The notes beneath the pieces were generated by a model. It saw only the letters and a list, made by a program, of their open reading frames with translations, was not told the origin of the DNA and did no database searches. From a virus (lineage: Duplodnaviria; Caudoviricetes): 54,837 bases of DNA. A program made the translations under genes and the position numbers. This document shows positions 6,796-16,599 of the stretch, in pieces; position 1 is the first letter of the stretch; every line of letters starts with the position of its first letter. The stretch lies in the IMG/VR virus record IMGVR_UViG_3300021560_000021, positions 1 to 54,837 of that record, one strand, 5' to 3'.

Positions 6796-7954
6796 CAAGC
6801 GGAAGCAGGAAACACTCGAAACACGCACACGCGCACCGTTGCTGGTTGATCGGCTGCTGCATCAGGACCGCCGGGACAGCGAGCGATACGTACACCCGAA
6901 GGCACATGAACAAATGATGCGCTCTTTGCGGAGTTCGCATCGCTTCGTGTTTGACGATGAAGCCGCTGAGCGACTGGCCAAGGTGGTGATCGACATTCCG
7001 CAGCTTTTGGTACGCGAGCGGCAGTTTGCCCGAGCACCGTTTGACACAATCTGGATTGAGATTGCGTCACATCGGTACTGGGAAACCCTGCGCGAGCAAG
7101 CACCGGAAGCATACGACATGCAGGGCGAGTGGGGCGACCGCGAGAATGCTGATCACACGGTCGGCTACCTGATTGACCACAACCGCGTCAACACGATCGT
7201 CGGCGGCACCGTGGCGGACCCGCTGGGCAAAATCTATATCTCGCCGCTGCAATACCAAATTCATACCGAGTGGCCGCTACAGGACCAGATCAAATTTGCC
7301 GAAACCGCGCAAATGAGTCGGCTCGGTATAACCGCCTTCATGTGGGGAAGCTCGTTCGGCTTCCTTGGCAAGGATGATGTACACGACCTGCGCAATGAAA
7401 CCGTGCTGGAATTCCTGCCGCCTAATCCTGCGTACCCGGAGCAAGTCGGGTACCTCCGGCGGCCGGACGTGATTCAGTTGTCGATGCGCGGCGCGGTCGG
7501 CGACGTGCGCACCATCCACGCCTTGCTGTTGATGCTCAACCGACCGTCGATCACGCAATACCGACCGGTCAACACGTCGCGCGGCTGGTATCGGTCAAAG
7601 CCAATTCCGTACCTGTCGCACTCGGTTGTGCACGTTGATCTGGATGCCGTGAAAACCCTGCGCCACATTGGCACACCGGCTGAAAGCGGTATCACGCATC
7701 GTCGTCACGAAGTACGCGGGCACTTCTGCCACGATAAGACGGCACGCGACTACATGCGCATTGCCGGCTGCATCCATGAGTGGCGGGCGTGCGATGACGA
7801 ATGGGCGGTGATCGAAGGCAAGCCGAAGGACGAGCCTTCACGCTGGCACTGCGCGGCGTGCGGCGGCAAGCGGTGGTGGCGGGAAGCCCATGAGCGCGGC
7901 GACGCGTCCAAGGGCTACGTGATCAGGGATGGCTATGAGGTAACCGTGCTATGA
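6779..7954 (+). CDS. Phage hypothetical protein with HxVRGH motif and inserted Zn ribbon
   Basis: RRHEVRGHFCH...CIHEW...CAACGG...WWREAHERG; AGGAG RBS before ATG 6779. Confidence 0.75.
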   Translation: MKRKISKRKQETLETRTRAPLLVDRLLHQDRRDSERYVHPKAHEQMMRSLRSSHRFVFDDEAAERLAKVVIDIPQLLVRERQFARAPFDTIWIEIASHRYWETLREQAPEAYDMQGEWGDRENADHTVGYLIDHNRVNTIVGGTVADPLGKIYISPLQYQIHTEWPLQDQIKFAETAQMSRLGITAFMWGSSFGFLGKDDVHDLRNETVLEFLPPNPAYPEQVGYLRRPDVIQLSMRGAVGDVRTIHALLLMLNRPSITQYRPVNTSRGWYRSKPIPYLSHSVVHVDLDAVKTLRHIGTPAESGITHRRHEVRGHFCHDKTARDYMRIAGCIHEWRACDDEWAVIEGKPKDEPSRWHCAACGGKRWWREAHERGDASKGYVIRDGYEVTVL

Positions 7955-8127
7955 CACCGAGCGTCAGAAGCATCCTTACCGGCGGCACAGTCGGCTTGCT
8001 GCTTGCTGCCGTACAGATGGACATCATGTACGCCGTGTACGAGGAGTACATGCGCTGCGCCTTGGATGGACTGGTGACCTGCATCCTGTTCCGCCAGCAT
8101 TTCGCGCTGGCGGATCGCGGCTTATGA
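7951..8127 (+). CDS. Small hydrophobic protein, 58 aa
   Basis: Translated by hand; ATGA overlap; GAGG RBS. Confidence 0.6.
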   Translation: MTPSVRSILTGGTVGLLLAAVQMDIMYAVYEEYMRCALDGLVTCILFRQHFALADRGL

Positions 8128-8139
8128 AAGGGAGCACAC

Positions 8140-8328
8140 ATGACTATCAAATGGTCTGACATGCTGGATGATCTGGCACGTCGCAAGGTTGACCGACACC
8201 GGGAATTGCTGCGCGCTGGCGTACCTGCGGCCGACGCGGCAAAGCAAGCGCAGGATGAATTCAACATCGCACGTACGGCTGCGATCAAAGTCGCAACCGA
8301 ATGGCTGGTGCCGGGAGTACCGACATGA
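8140..8328 (+). CDS. Hypothetical protein
   Basis: AAGGGAG RBS; 62-aa ORF. Confidence 0.7.
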   Translation: MTIKWSDMLDDLARRKVDRHRELLRAGVPAADAAKQAQDEFNIARTAAIKVATEWLVPGVPT

Positions 8329-8471
8329 CGCATGATGAAGTGCTGCGCGACCTTGAAGCCCGCGCGCAAAAGCTGGCAGACGATCACGAGGTTGAGCAAG
8401 CGCGACGTTTGGCGCAAGCCCGCGACGTGAAGCCGACGTTGGCAGCGATTAAGCGGCTGACCGAAACATGA
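8325..8471 (+). CDS. Hypothetical protein, 48 aa, helical
   Basis: Translated by hand; ATGA overlaps at both ends; GGAG RBS. Confidence 0.6.
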   Translation: MTHDEVLRDLEARAQKLADDHEVEQARRLAQARDVKPTLAAIKRLTET

Positions 8472-9067
8472 CCCGCTATCCGCAGGCACGCGATTACGTC
8501 ACTGCCGGAAAGCTACCACGCGGCCGAGGCTGGAAAGACTATACGCTGAATGTCCTCACACTCGGCCGCGTGTCTATCCTTGAACAATACCCCACGCTGT
8601 TGATACCGATTGACGCCAACGAAAACCCTAATGAGCGGACGACCATGCTTCTGGTATCAACAGTGCCAGAAGCGGAAGCGCGCGCCGCCAACGTATTTGT
8701 AGATGGCGGCGGCGTGCTGGCGATCGAAATCGAGTCTATCGGTGCAGTGCCGATGGAAGTCAAATGGACGATTGACGACACCGATTACATAAGCCAACTG
8801 ACGCCGGTTACCGGCAAGCCGCGCATGTTGCATGCGGCAAATCCAGATGGCAGATTTGGCGGCAAGCCCCCCGACCTAATACGTCACCACCCCGGCTATA
8901 ACGCCTTGGCGCTGCCATCCTATCGTCCTGACGGGAAGGTATTTCATGTGCATCTGGTGGTACTCAATGAGAACGGCAGAAAGCTATCGCGTTGGGAGGC
9001 AGAGTTGAACATAAGGGCATATGACAAAAATCCGATACCTGACGCAAACCGGAGGATCAAACGATGA
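8468..9067 (+). CDS. Hypothetical protein
   Basis: 199-aa ORF translationally coupled on both sides. Confidence 0.7.
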   Translation: MTRYPQARDYVTAGKLPRGRGWKDYTLNVLTLGRVSILEQYPTLLIPIDANENPNERTTMLLVSTVPEAEARAANVFVDGGGVLAIEIESIGAVPMEVKWTIDDTDYISQLTPVTGKPRMLHAANPDGRFGGKPPDLIRHHPGYNALALPSYRPDGKVFHVHLVVLNENGRKLSRWEAELNIRAYDKNPIPDANRRIKR

Positions 9068-9633
9068 CTGAGAAAAATCCACTGACTGAACTGCTGCGGC
9101 CACACGTCGCAGCGTTGAAGGCCAGCGCCGCTATGGGCAATCAGGCAGCGCAACAGGTGATCGACCTGTACCAAATGCACATCGCCGCACGGCATGATCC
9201 CGGCGCACCGGCACTATGTGAGGCGGCATTCAAACAATGGCAGGAGACACAGAAGCCGGAGACACTGACCGAGCAACAGGCAATTCTTGATCTTGAGGAA
9301 GTCTATCGCGCCATCGTCAGCGGCAACTTCTATGAAGACTATGACGATGCCACCGCGCTATGCGGCAAGCTGCGCAAGGCGATCGACGCTCTGCGCGGTG
9401 TGTCTGACAAGAAGCCAGAAACCGTAGCCGAGAAGATCAAGGCACTGCGCGAGCAATCCGGTTACCCTATGATGGACTGCAAGGTAGCGTTGCATGAAGC
9501 CAAGGGAGACTTTGACGCTGCCTTGGCTGCATTGAATGCCATGCTACCGGCCGCTGCACTGCGCGATCCGATATCGCCGCACAAAGCCCTTGACCTGTTT
9601 ATGGGCCGCAAGAGCGAGGGAGAGGACACGTGA
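9064..9633 (+). CDS. Modular protein containing an EF-Ts N-terminal (UBA/TS-N)-like domain
   Basis: IKALREQSGYPMMDCKVALHEAKGDFDAALAAL matches the EF-Ts N-terminus pattern VKELRE.TGAGMMDCKKAL.E..GD...A...L; GGAGG RBS. Confidence 0.8.
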   Translation: MTEKNPLTELLRPHVAALKASAAMGNQAAQQVIDLYQMHIAARHDPGAPALCEAAFKQWQETQKPETLTEQQAILDLEEVYRAIVSGNFYEDYDDATALCGKLRKAIDALRGVSDKKPETVAEKIKALREQSGYPMMDCKVALHEAKGDFDAALAALNAMLPAAALRDPISPHKALDLFMGRKSEGEDT

Positions 9634-9938
9634 CACGCCGGCCATTGGTACAAGCTACCGCACCGCCTGATCGGAAGATCAGGCGGCGCCTGTTGCGGCC
9701 GGAGTTACCCGATGATGTCAGGGACGCGAAGCGGTGGCGGGCGTTGATGGCATGCCCCAACCTACGGATACAAACCACGACGCCGCAGCCATTCTCGCCG
9801 AAGGATCAGCCCGGCTACCGCTACATCGCACTGGACATCGCCACGCACGGTAACGGCAGCAATCACTTGAATTGGCACCTGTTGCGTGACTTCGTTGATC
9901 ACCTTGTCGCGCTACAGGACAACGATGCGGAGGGATGA
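9630..9938 (+). CDS. Hypothetical protein
   Basis: GTGA overlap; GAGGA RBS; contains the RDAKRWR motif common in small phage proteins. Confidence 0.7.
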   Translation: MTRRPLVQATAPPDRKIRRRLLRPELPDDVRDAKRWRALMACPNLRIQTTTPQPFSPKDQPGYRYIALDIATHGNGSNHLNWHLLRDFVDHLVALQDNDAEG

Positions 9939-9939
9939 A

Positions 9940-10182
9940 ATGCGCGACCTGTACACAAACCGAGATATCATGGATGCTATCCCGGTCATCACCGATCGCG
10001 AGGAAAACAAGTACACCGATATTCCCGGTTGGGAGGGCGAGTACACCGACTACACCGAAAAGGCTGTGCTGCTGCGCATGCCGAACACAACGATATGGTT
10101 TCCGTTCTCACAACTGCGCAAGGCGGAAGACGGTCAGTCCATCTATGCGTCAAACTGGATACTGGAACAGAAGGGAATATGA
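9940..10182 (+). CDS. Conserved small phage protein (TEKAVL...W.P.SQ...W...KG pattern)
   Basis: YTEKAVLL...IWFPFSQL...NWILEQKGI; GGAGG RBS. Confidence 0.75.
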   Translation: MRDLYTNRDIMDAIPVITDREENKYTDIPGWEGEYTDYTEKAVLLRMPNTTIWFPFSQLRKAEDGQSIYASNWILEQKGI

Positions 10183-10590
10183 ATGATCAAGCTACCGCAT
10201 TGGCTGACCGAGCCATACTGGCGTGTCCGCTGGTACTGGTGGATCACGGTACAGTCACCGACGCTGCCGACCACGTACAACATGGTGCACAAGGCCAAGA
10301 TCACGCAAGCCGATTACGATATCATGGCGGCGCGATGGGAGAAGCGCGAGCCGAAGCGTGGCGCACCGCCAAGCGTGGTACGGCACCGCCGTCGCCGCAA
10401 CATGACGTTTCCGAGGTATGCGCTGATCACCAATCCGCCGGACAGCACGTACAAATATGCCGTGTACGATGCGCACCGGACCAAAGGCAATCTGTACGTC
10501 TATCAGTCCGACGACATGGATACCTGCAAGGAAATGCGCAACGCCTGCAACGCAATGGAGGCTCTATATGAACGTAACCCCGGAAGCTAA
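10183..10590 (+). CDS. Hypothetical protein
   Basis: 135-aa ORF abutting the previous stop. Confidence 0.65.
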   Translation: MIKLPHWLTEPYWRVRWYWWITVQSPTLPTTYNMVHKAKITQADYDIMAARWEKREPKRGAPPSVVRHRRRRNMTFPRYALITNPPDSTYKYAVYDAHRTKGNLYVYQSDDMDTCKEMRNACNAMEALYERNPGS

Positions 10591-11227
10591 GGGTTGGGTA
10601 CGAACGGTGTTCAACGATATCCGCACACAGGAAAAAGCCTATCTAGATGCGATTGAGCGGGACATCATGCCACGACTACGCGCTCGCATGCGGATCAAAC
10701 GCTCGCTGCGACCCGAGCATGTCATCGAAGTCATGCGCGCGTTTCAAACGCTACGCCATCCGTACCGCCTGACGCTGGATACCACGTCACCGAGAAAAGG
10801 GCATGTCCTCGTGATCAATACCCTGCTTGGCGCCGCGTCCGAGTACTTCCGTCACTGGCGAACCGACCAATGGGAACACACCGTGTCGATTGACAGGATC
10901 ATAATCGGTACAACAGAAGGCCGGCTACGCATCAAAACCGAGTCGATCGCCGACGTGTCGTTGCATGCGTTGGCACGCTTCTATGAACGGGCGCGACGGC
11001 GCACGGTGCCGGACCTGCTGGCCAGCCTTAAAGTGGTGAGCCAAGCCGACCTTGAAGAAACCGAAACGCAATGCGAGCAAGGCGTCTGGATCGGCGGGCT
11101 GACCTATGTCACCGAAGATAAACAGCCGATATCGTACATTCGCAGCATCCGTACCTTCATCGGCGCCGATCAGCGCGAAGATCATCATCAATCGACCGGA
11201 TCAACCACGGTGCGATTGCCGGTCTGA
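10568..11227 (+). CDS. Hypothetical protein with HALARFYER motif
   Basis: GGAGG RBS before ATG 10568; last gene of the + arm. Confidence 0.7.
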   Translation: MNVTPEAKGWVRTVFNDIRTQEKAYLDAIERDIMPRLRARMRIKRSLRPEHVIEVMRAFQTLRHPYRLTLDTTSPRKGHVLVINTLLGAASEYFRHWRTDQWEHTVSIDRIIIGTTEGRLRIKTESIADVSLHALARFYERARRRTVPDLLASLKVVSQADLEETETQCEQGVWIGGLTYVTEDKQPISYIRSIRTFIGADQREDHHQSTGSTTVRLPV

Positions 11228-14200
11228 GGATAGACTGTACGACTGCCGTTGCTCGGGCTGACGCTGCGCGAGCCATTTGTGGGAGAGACGATTCGCCCGC
11301 CCCCGGACGGGCTGACCACACGCCCCGGCCCGCCGGGCGCAGTCACCCGATCCGGCGGGATGCCCGGCGGCCCGAAGTGCAGGAAATCCACGGCGGCCTG
11401 TACACCGCCGCTGCCATAGATTATCTGATTCCAATCAATCAGCGCGGTATGAGTGGCGCCGCCTATGACCGATCCGGCCCCATCTAGCTCGGCCGCGCCG
11501 TACGTCGCGCGGATGGCGTTGCAGATGACGGCGCCGGTACCGGCGATCGTCGCTGAGCCGTCCTGTACGTGCGGCGTGAAGGCGTCCGCCAGCACCCCAC
11601 CGATGCCGCCGATCGTGCCCCGTGCGGAGGCTAGGAGCGTCGCTGAGCCGGTGACGACGCCGGCCCCATCCACCCTACCGGCCGCCGCCAGACGGGCTTG
11701 TACAGCCGCCTGTACGCCGCCTGTGGCGTTGATTTGTACACTGACCGGGAGCCGCCCCGAGGCGGTGGCTTGTACTGCCCCCGTGCCGGCCACCAGAGCC
11801 GTACCAGCGGCCCGCAACGCCGCCCGCCCGGTTACCCCACCGGCCCCGTCGATCTGCCCTGTAGCCGCCGCCAGGACGGTTGTACTGATATCCGCCGCCA
11901 GGGTTGAATCGCCCGGCGCCCCGACCGGCGGCAGGATCGGCGCATAGGACGCGAAGGCTTGCTTCTGCCAGAGCGTCGCACCGTACCGGACGGTGATATC
12001 GACATGCGTGCCGATCGGCACGGTGAACATGAGGCGCGGGAAGACGTACACGCACCCCACATTCTGCATCGTGCGGGTACAGATATTCCGCTGCGAAGTC
12101 AGCGGTGCACTCGTTGGGAACGGCAGCGGGAAGTTGCCAACGGCAACCTGCGTCGGCGTGGCGTTGCCTTCGTAAACGGTGACCTGTGCCGCCGTGAGGC
12201 CGGCGGTTGAGCCGCCGATCAGCCGCCAGTATTCGCTGTACGTCCACGTGTCGCCTTGTACGGCTGGCGTATGCGTCCACGCCTCATTCGTGGTAGTGCC
12301 CGGATCAAAATAGAACGAATTGCTGGTCGTGGTGCCGAACCACCGCACGTCAATGGTCGGCATACCACTTTCGGAACCGACCGCTATGACCTGTGGCTGT
12401 AGGCCACCACCGATGAATGTGTACAGCGATGGCAGGACACCGGCATACTGTACCGAGACATTATCAACCGTGACCGCGCCGGCTGTGGTGCGGTTGATTC
12501 TGATCCATGTCGTTGTCGCGGTCGCGGTGAACCTGACACCGCAAGCCAAACCGGGACCAAGGTTTACGTTGCCTAAGCCAGACGCGCCCTGCGTATTGCC
12601 GATTGCGATATTCGCAGCTACGCCGCCGCCAACGTCCAATGACAAAATGTACGTGCGGCCGATAACCGTCGCGACCGACGTATCAATGCGTGCGTTGTTG
12701 GTACCGTCCGGGCTGATCGTAACTAGGTTGGTTGCCCAAGTCACCGTACTGGTGCCGCCGACAACGGACCAGTACCAGCCGTTTTGCAATACGTTCTGTG
12801 CGGCGTTTAACGGGTTGAGCGCGAAGCTGCCGTTGGTGATCAGCTCTATGCCATCGGCCGGTACAGCACCTTCCCAACGCGGGTTGCGGCTGGCGTTGAC
12901 CGTCGCCGGTTCAGTGATCAAACCAAGCGGGTTGAGCGTGACCGGATCGTAGCCGTAGCGCGGGACGTTGATGCCCGCCTGTTGCAGCGTGCCCGTGTTG
13001 TCGAAACACCAAGCCGGACTGTTGCGCGCGAATGTACCGACACCGGCCACGCCGTCGATTTCGGCACTGACCGTACCGGCGGTGACGCTGCGCGCATCAG
13101 CCTGTACACCGCCGACGCCATTGATGGTCGCCGACGCCGGCAGGACGGCATGTACACTGTCGGCCAGGACCGTGCCGGAGCCGGCCAGGACCGCGCCTGC
13201 GACCGCCCGGAGGACCGCCCCGCCGGAGACTGATCCTGCCCCGCTGATCAGCCCGGACGCGGCCAGCCGGAGGGTTGCCGAGGCACTGACCTGACCGACG
13301 CCGGCAAGGGTTGCAGACGCGCCCGATGTGCGGCCTGTGTCAGCACTGATCCCGCCGACGCCGGCAATGGTTGCACCGGCTGTTGCCCACTGTACGGCCG
13401 AGCTACTGACCGCGCCTGCGCCGGCCATGGTCGCACTGGCCGCCGCCAGAATGACAGCCGAGCCGCTGACCGAGCCGATACCGTCGATTTCGGCCGACGA
13501 TGTACCGGCAGTGACCGTACGCCCATCGGCCGCCACACCGCCGATACCGGCAATCGTCGCCGACGCCGGTTGTACAACGTGCACCGCGTTGGCTTGTACG
13601 CCGCCTGCACCGTTGATGCTCGCCGACGCCGTTGCCCGGAGGACAGCGGAGCCGGAGACGGAGCCGGAGCCGTTGATCGCTGTTGCAGCGGTGACGCTGT
13701 GCACGCCGGAGCTTTGTACCGCGCCGACGCCGTTGATGGTGGAGCTTGCAACTGCCCGGAGGACAGCGGAGCCGGAGACGCTGCCGAAGCCGTTGATCAG
13801 CGCATTAGCCGACGCCTGGACAGCCGCCGTTGCAGCGACCGAGCCGATGCCGTCGATTTCCGCTGACGCGGTGATGCCTATGGTCGCGCGATCGCCGCTG
13901 GCCTGGACACCGCCTACACCGTCGATTTCGATCGCAGCGGTGACAAGGTGGACGCTATCGGCCTGGACAGCGCCGACGCCGTTGATCGTCGCCGCTGCAA
14001 TTTCGAGGATGGCAGCAGTACCAGCTACCGCACCGACACCACCGATCGTCGCCGCAGCGAGTGGAGTGTGTACCGCGGTGAAGTTTGTACCACCGACGCC
14101 GGCAATGGTTGCCGCTGCGACTGTGCTGTGCGTTGCGGTGAAGCTGGTAGCGCCGGCACCGTTGATCGTCGCCGCTGCAAGCGGCGTATGCGTTGCGTTG

Positions 14201-16167
14201 AACGTCGTACCGCCAGCACCGGCAATGGTGAAGCTGGCTTGTTCGTACAGCGACGCCGTTGTGGTGACCGAGCCGATACCGTTGATCGTCGCCGATGCAG
14301 CAGCAAGTACAACGGCTGTACCGGTAATCGAGCCAACGCCGCCGACCGCCGCCGCGCCAAACGGATTAGATACTGCGTTTGCGGTGACACCGCCAACACC
14401 GCTGATCGTCGCCGAGTTACCGAAAACCCAAATTACGTCGGTATCTGCTTGTACACCGCCGACGCCGTTGATCGTCGCCGATATCGGGTACTGCGTGCCT
14501 TTGGTTGAAACCGTCGAATCAGCTTGTACGCTACCCGTGCCGGCAATCGTCGCGCGAGCTTGCGTGTCACGGATCGCTGCAACAAATGTCGTGTTGCCGG
14601 CGCCAGCGATGGTCAGGCTGATCGGCCACGAGACATTCAAACTGGTAAGGATCAAACCACCGGATGAACCAGTACCGCCCGCGCCTGCGGTCGCGCTACC
14701 GCCCCCCGCACCGCCACCCGGCCATGCGCCGTTGCCACCCGCCTTCGATGTGGTTGACCCGCCCGATGCGCCAGAGCCGCCGCGCATGTCACTGGTGCCG
14801 GCATTGCCGGCCGTACCCGCAGCGGGCGATGCAGCACCCGCAACATTGGCAGCATCGGCCGCACCACCGGCACGTCCCGTTGTCTGTCCGGTTGTCGCCG
14901 CGGTACCAACTGCCGCTGCACCGTCCGGTCCCGGTGCACCCGCACCGCCGGCACCGCCAACGGTACCCGAAAAACCTGCACCGCCGGCTGCACCGGCAGT
15001 TAGTACATCACCGATCGCCGATGTGGTACTGCCCGCTGCACCCGCTGTTGTACCCGAAGCGTTGCCCGCCGCATTGGCGCGCAAACTTGATCCGATGGTC
15101 GTGTTGCCACCGGCCACGTTGGCAGGCACCGCAACCGTCAGCGCAGCATTCGGTGTGACCGCCAGTGTGTTCTTGCGTGAGTAACCACCTGATCCGCCAC
15201 CGGCCGCACCGGTTGATGCCGCCGTACCACCAGCGCCGCCCGGCCCCCACGCTTCCGCCTTGGTTGACGACATATTCGGCGGAATTTGTACCGTGGTGAA
15301 GGTCTGCGTACCGCCGACGACGATAATCCGATCAGGGTCAGTACCGGGATAGGTGATCTTTATGAGCGCCCAGCCACCGATACCTGCAACACCCGTGCCC
15401 GCGCTCGCCGCGCCGCCGCCGCCCGGTGTACCGCCGTTGCCGGAACTCGCTACGTTGGCGCCCGAGACGAAACCACCGGAGCCGCCACCGCCGCCACCGT
15501 TGTTCCAATCGTCGCCGCCATTGCCACCGGCTGCACCGGCCGACGTGCCCGAGTTACTACCGCCGCCACCGCCGCCCGCGCCCCTGCCGCCCGGTGCGCC
15601 GACCGTGGGCGTACCAGCGCCACCTGTTCCGCCTGTGCCTGCAAAGCCATTGCCACCGTTGCCGCCGGCGCCGGTTCCAACCGCTGCGTTAGCACCCGCA
15701 GTACCACCACCGTTGCCGCCACCGCCGGCACCACCAACCGAGCTTGCGGGCGTTAAGCCACCAGCTTGACCAGCACCGTTTGGACCGGCCGCGCCACCGC
15801 CGGCACCAACACCCGCGCCGGCCTGTACGGCACCCGTTGATCCAGCACCACCGGCAAACGTGACATCGCCGATCGCCGCCGTGGCTGATCCGCCACCGGG
15901 AGCAATGATCGTTGACGCGGCGCTAAACCACGTGTCGCCGCCATTGGCGCCAGCGGTTAAACCCGGCGCACCTAAGCTGAAATTGTAATTTGTGTTCGCA
16001 GTAACCGCAAAGACGTTATCGCGCGCATAACCACCGCCGTTGCCGGCGTTGTACGGCGACGCGTTCTGCCCGGCCTGACCGGCACCCCAAACCTCTGTTT
16101 GGACATTCCCGGTGTAGCGTGATCGCCACGTCCCGGTACCGGAGCCAACAATCCATTCGGTTGTCAT
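11188..16167 (-). CDS. Large virion fibre: two Gly-rich domains, ~20-aa ATIxGxGxV repeats, head-spike-fibre-like segment with CBM-like insert, C-terminal 9-aa repeats
   Basis: 1659 aa; EVWGAG/EAWGPGG Gly-rich modules; NVPRYGYDPVTLNPLGLITEPATVN; ELITNGSF; lies downstream of fibre-adaptor-like genes. Confidence 0.8.
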   Translation of the reverse strand: MTTEWIVGSGTGTWRSRYTGNVQTEVWGAGQAGQNASPYNAGNGGGYARDNVFAVTANTNYNFSLGAPGLTAGANGGDTWFSAASTIIAPGGGSATAAIGDVTFAGGAGSTGAVQAGAGVGAGGGAAGPNGAGQAGGLTPASSVGGAGGGGNGGGTAGANAAVGTGAGGNGGNGFAGTGGTGGAGTPTVGAPGGRGAGGGGGGSNSGTSAGAAGGNGGDDWNNGGGGGGSGGFVSGANVASSGNGGTPGGGGAASAGTGVAGIGGWALIKITYPGTDPDRIIVVGGTQTFTTVQIPPNMSSTKAEAWGPGGAGGTAASTGAAGGGSGGYSRKNTLAVTPNAALTVAVPANVAGGNTTIGSSLRANAAGNASGTTAGAAGSTTSAIGDVLTAGAAGGAGFSGTVGGAGGAGAPGPDGAAAVGTAATTGQTTGRAGGAADAANVAGAASPAAGTAGNAGTSDMRGGSGASGGSTTSKAGGNGAWPGGGAGGGSATAGAGGTGSSGGLILTSLNVSWPISLTIAGAGNTTFVAAIRDTQARATIAGTGSVQADSTVSTKGTQYPISATINGVGGVQADTDVIWVFGNSATISGVGGVTANAVSNPFGAAAVGGVGSITGTAVVLAAASATINGIGSVTTTASLYEQASFTIAGAGGTTFNATHTPLAAATINGAGATSFTATHSTVAAATIAGVGGTNFTAVHTPLAAATIGGVGAVAGTAAILEIAAATINGVGAVQADSVHLVTAAIEIDGVGGVQASGDRATIGITASAEIDGIGSVAATAAVQASANALINGFGSVSGSAVLRAVASSTINGVGAVQSSGVHSVTAATAINGSGSVSGSAVLRATASASINGAGGVQANAVHVVQPASATIAGIGGVAADGRTVTAGTSSAEIDGIGSVSGSAVILAAASATMAGAGAVSSSAVQWATAGATIAGVGGISADTGRTSGASATLAGVGQVSASATLRLAASGLISGAGSVSGGAVLRAVAGAVLAGSGTVLADSVHAVLPASATINGVGGVQADARSVTAGTVSAEIDGVAGVGTFARNSPAWCFDNTGTLQQAGINVPRYGYDPVTLNPLGLITEPATVNASRNPRWEGAVPADGIELITNGSFALNPLNAAQNVLQNGWYWSVVGGTSTVTWATNLVTISPDGTNNARIDTSVATVIGRTYILSLDVGGGVAANIAIGNTQGASGLGNVNLGPGLACGVRFTATATTTWIRINRTTAGAVTVDNVSVQYAGVLPSLYTFIGGGLQPQVIAVGSESGMPTIDVRWFGTTTSNSFYFDPGTTTNEAWTHTPAVQGDTWTYSEYWRLIGGSTAGLTAAQVTVYEGNATPTQVAVGNFPLPFPTSAPLTSQRNICTRTMQNVGCVYVFPRLMFTVPIGTHVDITVRYGATLWQKQAFASYAPILPPVGAPGDSTLAADISTTVLAAATGQIDGAGGVTGRAALRAAGTALVAGTGAVQATASGRLPVSVQINATGGVQAAVQARLAAAGRVDGAGVVTGSATLLASARGTIGGIGGVLADAFTPHVQDGSATIAGTGAVICNAIRATYGAAELDGAGSVIGGATHTALIDWNQIIYGSGGVQAAVDFLHFGPPGIPPDRVTAPGGPGRVVSPSGGGRIVSPTNGSRSVSPSNGSRTVYPQTGNRTVVDPVD
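13020..14640 (-). repeat. Degenerate ~60-bp (20-aa) coding tandem repeat array
   Basis: Recurrent GTTGATCGTCGCCG at multiples of 60 bp; identical 28-mer at 13633-13660 and 13753-13780. Confidence 0.85.
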
Positions 16168-16190
16168 GTTGGCGACCTGTCAAAATTTGA

Positions 16191-16583
16191 TCAGGCGGGC
16201 GCGGTCCACTCGTACGGCGGCGATTGCTCGCTGTACGTGGCCGGCTCAAGCGGTGGAAACACCGCCTGCGTACGCACCATTGGCATGGTGACGTACATTT
16301 CCAGTGTGGCGCCGCGCAGCGTGTTGACCACGACGCGTACGAGATACTGACGCGCAGCAACACCGCCTGCGAACCAGATGATCAACGTGTTGCCGGAGAG
16401 TGAGATTGGATCAGTGCTCTGAGGCGCCGATACCTTCAACTCGCCATCACCTGACGGGGAGATGTACACCAGCGCGTGCGTGGGCACGTCGCCTTCGTCC
16501 AACTCGCCCGTCAGATTGATCGCGTAGCCGAGATTGGCGTTCGGTGCCTTCTCCGGCCACTTGTCATCATTGGAGAAGGACAT
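16191..16583 (-). CDS. Putative fibre adaptor protein
   Basis: WPEKAPNANLGYAINLTGELDEGD...IIWFAGG...YLVRVVVNTLRG resembles phage fibre-adaptor proteins; located next to the fibre gene. Confidence 0.6.
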   Translation of the reverse strand: MSFSNDDKWPEKAPNANLGYAINLTGELDEGDVPTHALVYISPSGDGELKVSAPQSTDPISLSGNTLIIWFAGGVAARQYLVRVVVNTLRGATLEMYVTMPMVRTQAVFPPLEPATYSEQSPPYEWTAPA

Positions 16584-16599
16584 ACATCGCCGCTCCCGA

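Noticed and set aside
10960-11000. HALARFYER as a RelE-like toxin motif
   Set aside because: The motif is too short to assign a function, and no antitoxin context is evident
13020-14640. Periodic repeats as a CRISPR array
   Set aside because: They are degenerate in-frame coding repeats without unique spacers or cas genes
13328-15769. Long + strand ORFs (618 aa and Pro-rich 138 aa), plus many similar ORFs opposite the virion genes
   Set aside because: Antisense shadows of Gly/Ala-rich, GC-rich genes; no RBS or family motifs
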